Positions 13,352-24,609 of a stretch of DNA of 64,000 bases are shown piece by piece. Below the pieces are notes generated by a model, which saw nothing but the letters and a program-made list of their open reading frames with translations, was not told the DNA's origin and made no database searches. The translations under genes and the position numbers were made by a program. The stretch's first letter is position 1; the number at the start of each line of letters is the position of its first letter. This DNA comes from Eremomyces bilateralis CBS 781.70 (Eukaryota): NCBI GenBank assembly GCA_010015585.1, contig ML975166.1; one strand, 5' to 3'.

Positions 13352-14456
13352 CTAGCTCGACTTCGGTCCGGCCGCCGGATCGCTTATCGATATTGCAGCC
13401 AGTTTCCTCTGGACCGATTCGATGACGGCCGGGTCGGGTTCCTTAGGAACCTTCTTTGGACTGAGGTGGACGTTAGCAATTCGCCCGCTCATACACATAT
13501 CATAAACCCGGGAATGGAAGGGAAACGTACGGCTTTCGTATGCACTTGTCACACCGATCATGGTTGCACTTCTCGCACTTCTTCGACCGCTCGACAAAGG
13601 TGGTGGCGCACGCCTCGCATGTCCACCGTACGCGCTGTCTCGGCTTCTTATGCACCCGTTTCACGGCCGGCAACAACTCCACCTCCTCCTCCTCGCCCGG
13701 CACGAAGAATTTCGCCCGACTCTTAGGGCACAGGGGGCAGCGCGCGTGCTCGCAGCGCTCACACGTATTAAGGGATGGGCGGAAGTCCGTCTCGCACTGA
13801 TGGCAGGTGTACTTCATCAGATTGATCTGGCGCACGAAGTGGCGGCTCCCACGGGTGATGATGACGGGATCCTTGTGCTTGGGCGGCGCGGACGGCTTTT
13901 TCTCGGCGGCGCCGTCCTTAGGCTTCTTCGACGGATGGCGGGGGCATTTCTTGCACCGCTTGTGCTCGCACTTGGAGCACACCTTGTCGCCGGCGAAGAC
14001 GGTGTTGCAGCGATGGCAGTTGCGGCGGACGCGCATGCGGATGGGCTTCTCGACGCGCTTGACGCTGGTGGGCGCGGATGGCGGCGGTTGCCATTCGTTC
14101 TCGCTCAGGGTGAGGCCGTATTTCTCGAACAATTTTCGGGTGCGCTCCTGCTGCAGGGTCGCTCGGTCGATGGCGGACACTACTACGGGTGTCGGTTCGG
14201 TGGGTTTCGCGGCACTGGGAGTCGCGTTAGAGCAACAATCGCTGATGGTTCCAGAGCGATGCGAAACGTACCTTGAGGCCTCGGTAGGCTTTGTGGCTGT
14301 GGCTGCAGGCGTGGCATCCTTCGCTGCAGAAGTCGCCGATTTGGATGTGCCAGGAGTCGACTCTGCCTTGAAGATGCCCTTGACCTTCTTCGTGAGTTTG
14401 ATTATACTGGCCCTCCTGCCCTTCTTCTCCTCGGCCGTTGCGACTGGGGCGCTCAT
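13352..14456 (-). CDS. Hypothetical protein with three Cys/His zinc-ribbon modules
   Basis: Three CxxC-x8-9-CxxC-x-H-x-RCxxC modules; in-frame intron about 14215-14271; last intron about 13462-13531 leading to exon PKKVPKEPDPAVIESVQRKLAAISI. Confidence 0.85.
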
Positions 14457-17400
14457 GGTGATAATCGGTCCGATTCGGTTCGGAGAGGGTATTCGGGTCC
14501 CAAGCGACGAGAAATTTCGTCGAGTCCAATTACTGACTTCAAATTCTCCGGAATATTACGCTCTATGTAGCATCGGGTCGGACTGATGATGGTGGGCGGA
14601 AGGAAGGGAGGAATTCGGTGTGGTGTAAGACGGAAGGAGGGTTCAGAGCTGAGCGAAATGGGGTTCACTAAAACTCGACACCAGGCCCGGCGACCGACAA
14701 ATTGGTACCTGGGTGGACCACGGCAATTCGAAAGGGGATCAACGATGCAGCGGCCGAAACACAGCAGCGGCGACGGCGAGTGGTAATAATAAAAGAAAAT
14801 AAAGGTCCACGTCTCTCGTGGTGGGAAGTCGAGGGTCGAACGATGGGAAGGGGAGGAGAAGGCGAGAAAGGACGGAAAGAGAAGAACAAGAAAAGGGAAG
14901 CAATCGTGTCTCACAGCACAGGAAAGAAAGCATGGGAACGACGGCACACGGGCGCACGATGGATGGCATGACCCACGCGAAGGGAAAGCTGGGACGCTGG
15001 GTGAGAGGCCTGAACGCTGAAGGGTGGCAGATAATCAAAACGCCGACGCTACTGTTCATTGATGGGGGGGGTCTTGGGCGGGATTTGGGGGGTTTGGGGG
15101 GGTTTAGGGGAGGGTTCACGGCGTTTGGGCGACAGTGCAACAAGACCACAGGACCACAGCAGCAGCTTTGGATACACTACTTACTAAGGTGTACAGCACC
15201 AGCTAGTCATGGATGAGGCCCAGCTGGCAGGGAGGCGCGCCAAACCCACGGGGCGTAAAGGAGGGTACGAAGTACAAGACGAACGTCGAAGGGGCATGAG
15301 AAACGCCAGGGGAATCGGTACATGAGCATGTGCCGTATGGAATTCTTGCTGATTATTGATGAGAAGAGTGATGTACTGGGTCAAGCGCCTATCGGTTAGA
15401 GACCAGACCGGTGGTGGTTGGGCAATGCCGTACAATACTGTAGAGTGAGGGTACAATAAGTAGGGTACTTAGAAGCCGCGGGCCTCCCACAATCGGGAAT
15501 TAGTCTGGCGAACATGTCTTAGTGAAGGCGGCTAGTGCAGTTCCGGCAACAAGTCCACCGCGTTCATCCTGTAGAAACGCTGGGAATCACTGGGATATGC
15601 GGGAGGATGGGCGGTGGACGGCAGTGCAGATTATTGGGTGGGTATTGGGCGGAGGAATTGCGGGGAGGGGGGAGGGATGCGGAACGCCCCTCGGGGATGG
15701 GGGCACCTGGGGCCACTGGGGGCACTCGGGCGGGTTTAGCCTCGCTGCAAACGTCCCCTAACGGGCCCAATGCACCCAATACCCCCCAAGTCCCGGCACC
15801 TTGGGCGAGGAATTGTTCTGCGTCTGCACCATGCTGCACGCTATTTCGTTGCCCTGGGCATGGGGGATCCCTGGCCTCGCTTGCGTTGACTCCGTTCTCT
15901 CCGAGGTCATCGCAAACTTGATGATCGCTAAACTAAGTTAAGTCACTCGCTTTCCCTTGTGCCCCAATCCCCATCCTTGATCCTTCCTTTGTCTGACGTC
16001 TCGTCTTCTGAAGGCCTTGGCGATTGGCCGTCATGTTTGGGACGTTAGATCTTGAGGCTTGAATGCTGTCGCTCCGAGGAATGAAATTATAAAGGAGCGA
16101 CGTAGACCTCTTGCTGCCTGTGTGCTTCGCATCGAACCGCGAAGGAAGATGTACCGACCCCGTCGTTAGTCAGTCCGGGATCTACGGGGCTGACTTTGAG
16201 GCCGTCATGACTCTTGAGTCTTGTACTTCAGTCCAATGGCTATTCTGCTGCCCCTGTTCCGTTCAGTGGCTGCACAGTTCGCCGCCTTCTCTTGACACTT
16301 TTATCAAGGCTGCTTAGGGTGTCAATCGTCTCTCCGAAAGTCTTCGCCTTACTCACTGCAACGGTCGACTCGGAATCTAGAACATGAGCTGATATTCGAA
16401 GATAAACTCAACCGAGATATGAACAGGTCGAAGAATCGGACTACGGTGGCTCGACAATCGACTGGAGGTCGGCTGTTCCATTAAGTGCCAACGAATAACG
16501 ATCCATGGGCGATTGGCATTCGAACTGCCTGAAAGGACGGGCAGGCATTTGGTATGTGCACCATCCTGAGCCAGGGTAAGCGGTTCTACTACTTTAGTCA
16601 TGTCCTTCGGCACAGATATCGCTTTAGCCGTTAGCTGCAATTTACCGAAATAACCCCACAGGAGCAGCTCTGTTACTGATATCGGATCTGAGACTCACCA
16701 CCACGGATGGTCGATTCATATGGCAATGTGAACTTCCCGCGAAGTCATGTCGTGGGAAGAAGCGGATCGCGAGCCGGCGTGGCCGAAGAGGGCGGAACCT
16801 TTCGAGGGGACATGGTCCGGTTCCTTATCATTATCATTATCATTAGTCACGTCAGACTTTATTCTTTAATTAATATATTAAAGTCTGGACTCTGGACGAT
16901 AGAGGTTGCAGTTCCGGAGGGCTAGCGAAGCTCCCAGTCATGGAATCATGGTACTGGAAATGGCTCTAGCCTCCGTCTCCAAGGCACCATTTGGTTCTGG
17001 GACCGATCCGTCAGTCGATAGTCCCAGACTCCAGCGGTGATGTTTCAGGACCAAGCGCCTTTTACATTGAAATATGCTGCCACTTTCACGCTCCAAAATT
17101 GCAAGCGACGTGAAAGCAAGCTTCAACGGTATATCTTGTTTTTGCATTGTTCCTGGTGGGCATCGCGATTTGTACGACCGCCATTGTGCGGGCCCGATTT
17201 CAACCTCGCTGCTCCAAGTCCAACCCCACAACCCGAGGAGTCGGAATGGGAAGAAACAGCGCGGTAACTGGTAAGATCGTTGATTGGAGTCGCATCGAAG
17301 GATGGAGCCAGCGGACACGTCACCCGGAGCATCGCGTCGAAGTGTGAACCGCATCCTGCAGACGCATATCTGTGTGCACTTATTGCTTGCTCGGTACAGT

Positions 17401-18677
17401 GGTGCGACGCAACCGACGAAGCCCTCCCCAAGGAACCTCCTCCTCCCCTGCATCAATCAATCATATATTTCACCATACCAGTTGCAGTTTGGTGGGTGCT
17501 TTCGCCACAGTGATACTTGACGTTCGTCCCACCCGCGAAATCACTCAAACATCCCCGTCAGCAGAAACCTGAAGGGCATATGCGAGAAGGTTAGAAGACA
17601 TCTGAACACCGCAATGCGATCGCTTACCTGCCTCGACCAATGGCCACCGCGAAGCTAATGTAATGCGGTGATGCATGAGTTGCATCAGAAAATGCAGAGT
17701 TACAGACCGAATTTTCACCCACCAGCAATACTGGTAAGCGTGTTCACGGCTTGCGCAATTTCCCTCGGCCCTAAACCTTCCGCGCGAACTGTTCCGTCTT
17801 GTTGGATTCCGATCGACGCTCGACTGAACGTAGTAGGGTGCTGGAACTCTAGGCGACCCGACCCCTGCTCGGTGAGCGGTGGTCGAGTTTCTCATCGAAA
17901 AAAGCGTCCAGATACATCCCCTCGTAGCACACGCTGAGGGCATCGACCCTGTGCATTCAGCAACGACGTCTAGCTTCAGTGCTAGCTGCTGAGATTTTGA
18001 AAGAATCAGCAACCGTACAGGGGGGAATCGGCATCTTCCATCCCAAGACTTCGCCCAGCATTCAGGATGCGGGGAAATCCGCTCTGCAGTTCCATGATCC
18101 ATAAGAAAGTGCCCAGCGTTCGTATTCGACGACCGAGCCGTGTTTTAGCCACAAGCCACGCCAGTCTCCAGCCCGTGACGGGGAACAAACTCCTGCTAAA
18201 TGCAATGCTGATAGTCTTGAACTAAAGTGTCAGATATATTATTAGTAGTTATTGCAACACTCTACCAACAGGTGCAAAGACGGAAGGTGCAAGCTCAGCG
18301 CTCGACGGTGCCTGTGATATTCCTCAAGGACTTCATTACCGGCCCACGGAGAGAGCATTCAAATCTACCTCGAAGGTCGTCCAAGATCGACGATGGACGT
18401 TCAGTGTCTAGCGTCTAGTGTCCACCAGCATCAGCAACTAACAGCCCCATCAAATGATATCCACAGTTCTGAGCCCAGCTTGGCCCTCTTTGGCGATCTA
18501 ATCTTCCCCACGCAGTCGAGGTCGATTCCCTAAACCTACGAGTCTTCAATGATTCAATCAAAATCCGCTCGGAACCTAGACATGTCGACTCAACGCTTGG
18601 AAAGTACATTCAACCACACCGTATCCACCGTCTCCGCCATCCGAGGCGGAGCCCGGAGATGTACTTACATGTGCGGT

Positions 18678-18922
18678 AGCGAGATGCCTGATACTTTGGC
18701 CGACTCGAGAAAACAACCGATATCAGGTATTTCGGTGACCTTAAGAAATCTACGATATCGGATATCTCTGTCGACCTCGAGAAAACCTCTGATATCAGGT
18801 ATTTATATCGACCTCGAGAAAACACCCGATATTAGGTATCTCGGTCAATCCCAGGTCAACCCGTGAAGTGTGCTTCCTCACCTGTAATACTCAGCGAGGT
18901 CCCCGATATCAGGTACCTCGGT
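18678..18922. repeat. Degenerate 36-37 bp tandem array with flanking inverted copy; MITE-like relic
   Basis: Four units resembling GACCTCGAGAAAACACCCGATATCAGGTATTTCGGTC at 18701-18847, a further partial copy at 18903-18922 and an inverted partial copy at about 18678-18699. Confidence 0.7.
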
Positions 18923-19554
18923 GCCAGTCTGGAGTTGTCAGAGTTCGTCGGAGCCTCGCTCCCATGGAGTTGCTTCTGCAGCATGTAGATCGAGTAGTAA
19001 CTGGTACGGGTGTAGATAATAGGCAGACCGGCCGCATTCACAAATCAGGACGGTAGGTTTTAAGCGTGGTGTAAAGGGGTTGGACATGATGATAGTTGAT
19101 TGTATCAGATTGGTTGAGGCTTAATAAGTAGGTAGCATTTTAAAAAGGGACGAGGTAAGATGGAATTGGTCAACAGTATTGAGGTTGATATTGGTACATG
19201 AGGCACTGTTCTGGCGTGGAAATGCAGGCCGTTGGATGTAGAACAAATCAGGAAGACGGAATAAAAGCTACCGGAGAATCTCTAACTGTTAAATCATCGC
19301 TTCCTCCTAGGCAATGTATTCGACTAGGTATCTTTTCCTAAGCTGGGAAAGACTTTTTGTTGTTAATAAATGGATGTCCAGTTGATAATACAACACACTG
19401 GATCTGTATGGATTAGATACTGCTCGTGATTGGTGGATTGGCCAGGATTGTCCCTGACGCGATTCACGTCCACTGCCACTTTGCAACTGGCACATAGCAA
19501 CCGACTTTCATTCTCCTGCGACACCAACAGCCATCTTTCAAACGCTGCTAGAAA

Positions 19555-21383
19555 ATGACGTCTGATGACGAGGATGAAGAGCTTAGACGAGCAATTGCCT
19601 TGTCTCTGCAGGATGTTCATGGTTCACCGCTCCCATCCGACAATATGGCCAGTCGGGATGTCAACAAATCGAACGTGAACAATAACACAGCAAATGGCAA
19701 AAAAGAGTCCGCTGCAATGATTCAGTATGGAGCCTCACAAGCTAGGTATATCGACACAGTTCAACAAGCAACAATCAAGTCGTTTCCACGGAATTTACAT
19801 GTCACTACACTCTCCAACTAACACGTATCAATTCTATGAACCGAGACTCACAGCTTGATAGTGCACCCCACAAGAGACGGCACTCTTCGTCTACAATCTC
19901 CATTGAATCAGACGATGCAGGAAGCAAGAAGCAAAAGCTAGACCTTGAAGATAGGAAATCATCTCCGGCACGCCCAGACGCACCACCACCCTTCCCGAAT
20001 GTCCGTGGTCTCCTCCGCAAAACCTGGGTGTTCGGACAACCACGAGACAACGACATAAAGATCGAGGAAGTGTTGAGACCTTCCGACCTACGGCTGGCAG
20101 TTCTGAGTGCATTTCAATGGGACATGGAATGGATCTTGAACAAAGTGAAGCCCACGACTAAGCTGGTCTTCGTCATGGAAGCCAAAGAAGAGGAGGTTCG
20201 GAAGCAATGGAGAACAGACGCAGACCACTACAAAAACTTGGTGCTCTGCTTCCCTCCTATGCCGGGTCAAGTCAATCGGATGCACAGCAAGCTCATGCTG
20301 CTCTCTTTCGAGAACTGGATACGCGTCGTCATCCCAACAGCGAATCTCGTCCCGTATGATTGGGGAGAGTCGGCCAACCCGAACAATCGAGTCTCCGGCG
20401 TCATGGAGAACTCCCTCTTCCTCATCGACCTGCCACGGCGTTCGGACGGGAAGTTGACCGCTCGGAAAGACCTAACCGATTTTGGTCGAGAACTGCTCTC
20501 GTTCTGCGAAAGCTCCACGTTCCCGCCCTACGTCATCGACGGCCTTTTGAAATTCGATTATACCAACACCAAGCACATCCAATTCGTCCACTCGGTTGGC
20601 GGATCTCACATCGTAGGACCAGCGGAGACGGGCTTGTTCGGACTCAGCCGCAGCGTTCGCAATCTTGGCATGGAGGTGGAGCGACGAAAAGCACTGTTCG
20701 TCCAGCCTTCCACAGCGAAAGGCTCTGAAGTTCACGTCGACTACGCCACGGCTTCGCTCGGTGCGCTGAATTATCCCTTCATATCCACTTTCTACGATGC
20801 CTTACTCGGTCGCGAAGTCAAACAGCCAACGAAAGGCGCGACCAGCAACCCCATCCAACTCCTAAAACGCGTCTTCCGGATATTCTTTCCTACGTACGAC
20901 ACTGTAGCAACCAGTACGAAAGGCACCGACTCCGGTGGGACGATCTTCCTGATGTCGAAATGGTGGAATGCCGACACCTTTCCGAAAGAACTTATGAGGG
21001 ATCATGTTTCTCGCCGGGCGGGCATCCTAAGTCACAGTAAGATGATTCTGGTGCGCCATGTCTCGGTCGCCAGTCAGGGAGACGCTTCGAGCAGCAGAGG
21101 AGCCGGTTCGATCGACCCTGCCTATCTTTACGTCGGATCTCACAACCTGTCGGAGAGTGCCTGGGGCAAATTGGTTACAGATCGCGCCACGAAGAAACTG
21201 AAGATCAATTGCGCAAACTGGGAGTGCGGCGTCATATTCCGGATCGCCTCACCGGAACAGAAGGGCGAAGAATTGGATTTTGCTCTGTGCGAGGGTGGCT
21301 CATTGGATAGCATACCTTGGGAACTGCCAGGAAGACCATATGAGAATCATCGACCCTGGTTCTGTATGGAAGATTTCCCTTGA
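19555..21383 (+). CDS. TDP1: Tyrosyl-DNA phosphodiesterase (PLD superfamily) with N-terminal ubiquitin-interacting motif
   Basis: UIM DEDEELRRAIALSL; two HxK motifs (MHSKLMLL..PTANL and SHSKMIL..GSHNLSESAWG..NWECGV). One intron is needed between about 19675 and 19861; exact boundaries are ambiguous. Confidence 0.9.
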
Positions 21384-21687
21384 ACCGACGCGACCGGAAT
21401 GCTAAAGTCTATGACCCCCTGGACGCCTGGGTACGGTTATGCTCGTCTTAAAAGCGTCCGAGCATTATAATCAGGCCACATGTCTATTTCCTTTTGAGAA
21501 AAAAAGAGCATTATCACTTCGCATGTGCGAATTCTGGTTTAGATAGAACCCCAGCCGCCAGTTGGACATACATTGTCGATTTTCTTGTCTACTATTGTGT
21601 GTTCCATGCATCGTCCACGCCGTCTTCCTCGAAGAACCCGAGGACAAAGCAAAACGAAGTCATGCCAACTTACCTCAACCCCATCGC

Positions 21688-21939
21688 CTAGCCACCAGGG
21701 ACGGTGGTCTTATCGTTCTGGCAGCATCGGCAGAAGTTCTCTCCTCGTCCATTCAACGTCCGGCAGTGTCTGCAAATCCAGGGGGCAGGGCCGTAGGGAT
21801 AGTTCCGCGGGCATTTCCTGCACCTCTTGTGCCTACACCAGCACTCCCCCTTCGACCAAAGCATCGCCATCTTGCAACGACAGCAGCTCCATGTCATGGA
21901 TGAGAGACTTTCCTCCGGTGTGGAAGTGTTTCGACCCAT
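21688..21939 (-). CDS. 83-aa Cys-rich protein with a zinc-ribbon module and a RanBP2-type zinc finger
   Basis: AAAATGG start context; WSCCRC..CWCRHKRCRKCP followed by WICRHCRTLNGRGENFCRCC, which matches W-x-C-x2-C-x3-N-x6-C-x2-C. Confidence 0.7.
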   Translation of the reverse strand: MGRNTSTPEESLSSMTWSCCRCKMAMLWSKGECWCRHKRCRKCPRNYPYGPAPWICRHCRTLNGRGENFCRCCQNDKTTVPGG

Positions 21940-22529
21940 TTTGGAAGAGGGACCCGGTGTAAGTTTTTCTTCGAGAGTCAACTGTCTAGTATAATTACTC
22001 GTGAAGAAGGTTGTTCTTTGGAAAGCTGAAGGAAGCAGACGACTTAGGCACCGAGTAACGAGGTTTTATCTCCCGGTGGTATTTGACATTGTTGTTTTCC
22101 GGCAGGCATTGATGAGGACATGGCCATTGTGTGCAAAGTCATTGTGTGTAAACTATAATTGCGTGGCTTCAGAGATTCGGTGTTGGCTGGGGACTTTTTT
22201 GTCCGCTCTGACAAATCAGTGTCTACAGCATAGAATAAGAAACGGCATCAACCAGTGTATTTTGACGTTTGCCGCCCTTATTTATTAGACAGATCAAACA
22301 AAGGAGAAATCCAGATGAGACTGCCTCGAAATCTCTTGCACTGGACTGTACCGTCTTGGTGTACCTTATTTACACTGAGGGTCACTGTGACCAGCTTGTT
22401 GGCCCGGATCATCATTGATTGACGATCATGATTTCCAACGCTTATTTACATAATTGATTTAGGACTATGCCAGAATATCGAATACCAAGGAAGAAGTCAG
22501 TAGCCCAATGCTTCATTGCTGGCTAATAA

Positions 22530-23265
22530 ATGTCAGAGTCGAGGATTCCGCGAGGCTGTTAGAACTCGTCTACACCAATGACCCAGTTCTAGTCCAGTCC
22601 CATATGACCAATGAGGACCGTGGCGATCGCTTGCTGCCATAGTAGGAGCTTGAAAATATTCTTTACACTTAAAGCGGCATCGAACCTGGTGAAAGAGCGG
22701 ATAAATGTACTCTGAAGACAGGCTGACATCCCAAAACCTAACCCTCCCTGAGTTTCCACCGGGCGGTTTTCGTACCGTTTCCGCACTTGCGGGGCGTGAG
22801 CTTTTTGCTCCTTACTTTTTTCATAGTCCATTGCGCGGTGGGAGGTCGGGGAAGGCATCGTTGCTGATAATAAGAACTACAATTCCGGCTTTGTGGAATT
22901 GCCGCATCGCGTAGTTCATATAGTCCGGGTCTGGAAATTTGGTAGCATACTCGTATATTCCCGCCTGCTTAGCGGCATCGAAGAAAGGATCCAAGCCAAA
23001 ACGCCGTCCGCTGTGAATTCGCCTAACTGTCCCTCCAGAAGTGCCCAGTTAACGTAGAACGAAGCGCCATTGAAACCCATCGACTTTGATTTTCTAAAAG
23101 ATATCCAGGCAGAGACTTGGTACTGGGAGGCTGTCGCATACCAAATAAGCATCCCGTCGGAGAATGCATCAGGGGGATGATATACCGGTAGGGATGAAAC
23201 TCGCTGCTGTAAAACAAGACTCGCTATCCTTGAGTGAACAATAAAGGTCGATCCCAGGTCACCTG
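22530..23265 (-). pseudogene. GH35 beta-galactosidase (LacA-like) pseudogene with large deletions
   Basis: Fragments [82 protein letters not shown] and TVLIGHMGLD*NWVIGVDEF*QPRGILD; stops, frameshifts and a relic intron. Confidence 0.85.
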
Positions 23266-24609
23266 CTACCTACGGTAGTTATATTGTGTCAACTACCTGG
23301 GTTATCACCCTGCCGCTCTCCCAATGTGTTGCCTCCCAGGAACCCTGGAAACCAGGTTGGACTAAGACGGATACTCGAGTAATGTTCCGCCCATAGTCGT
23401 AGCTAGTGCGAAAGCGAGCGAGGCGGTTTTGGTATGCAATATGTACTTGAGGGATTTCCATCTTTCAGTCTCGTCTTCCGTGCTCTTACGATTATACTTC
23501 TCCTCATGTCCAGCATCTTGCCACAATAACTGGGAGCTTTACTGCCTGCCGTCTGAATACCTATACATCCTATTCTTCGAGGGGTTTGCACCGACAACGG
23601 ATGTCATCTGTACCTCTGAATTTCCAAATGGATGTCCAGAAATGGAAGATTCATATCAGTTCGAACTTCGATAGACCGATTGCCTATAGAAGGCCGCACT
23701 TCAAGTAAGGCACAATGCTTGCATTCCGACTTCTTAGAACCATGAAACCAATCCACTCGGTTCTACAGAGCGCGAAAAAGCCCTATACTTTAATGGGCAT
23801 GGAGTGCAGGTCGTGATGGTTCAGAGTTGCAGAGAGCACAATTGGGATGGTACCGGTAGACAGCGATGAATGAGGTTATGACATGAATATATCACTCAGC
23901 ACCAGGTTTGCATAACAGGTCATGGGCAGTGAACTCGTGACGTTCACCATCACTTCATCTCCTTTCTTCAATTTCCTTATTACCGTAACTATCAGATTTT
24001 CTCAAGCCAATCACCTTGACGCTAGCAAGATTACTACTATGAAATATGGTTCGCTTGCAGATCATCTCGCTCGCTCCCTCGTTCCCGCTTTCAAGTCGTG
24101 AACTAGGGTTCAAAAAGGGATGATATTAATCACAATGTATTGCAGCTGGAGATTTTTGCCGTCAGCCAAGGAGCTGGGTTCGTTTTATCTGAAGGCGCAA
24201 CACCAGGGCAGCGCATGGGCGAGCAATATATTTATCCGCATCTACGTCGATTCTCCTCATCGGTCTCGCTTAGTTCGTGCATATCGACCCCCCAAAGGGG
24301 TAATTCTTCCTCATACCCTGAAACAGTTTTCCAGGCCAAGATAAACATGTCACTCCAGCATTGCTTCCAGTCACGTATGGAGGTGGAGAGCTTCAATCTG
24401 CTACGCTCCTTGGGCAATTTCCACATACAAATGGGAAGACAATCTGACGATGAACATGACCAGTCAGCCGATCGCAGGTTTGGATGCCCGCGACCCGTCA
24501 TATGTATATATATTCAGCTCTGTTTCGAATTGTTGAACCCAGTTCGAGACCCCCAAAGTCAGAGACTCTTCCAAAGATCGGGAATATCAGGCGAAGTCTC
24601 GTTCTCACC

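Noticed and set aside
17037..17572. Short ORFs with a hydrophobic, TM-like stretch
   Set aside because: No coherent start, splice pattern or homology signal.
18701..18847. CRISPR-like appearance of 36-37 bp repeats
   Set aside because: Units are contiguous with no unique spacers, no cas genes, and the context is eukaryotic.
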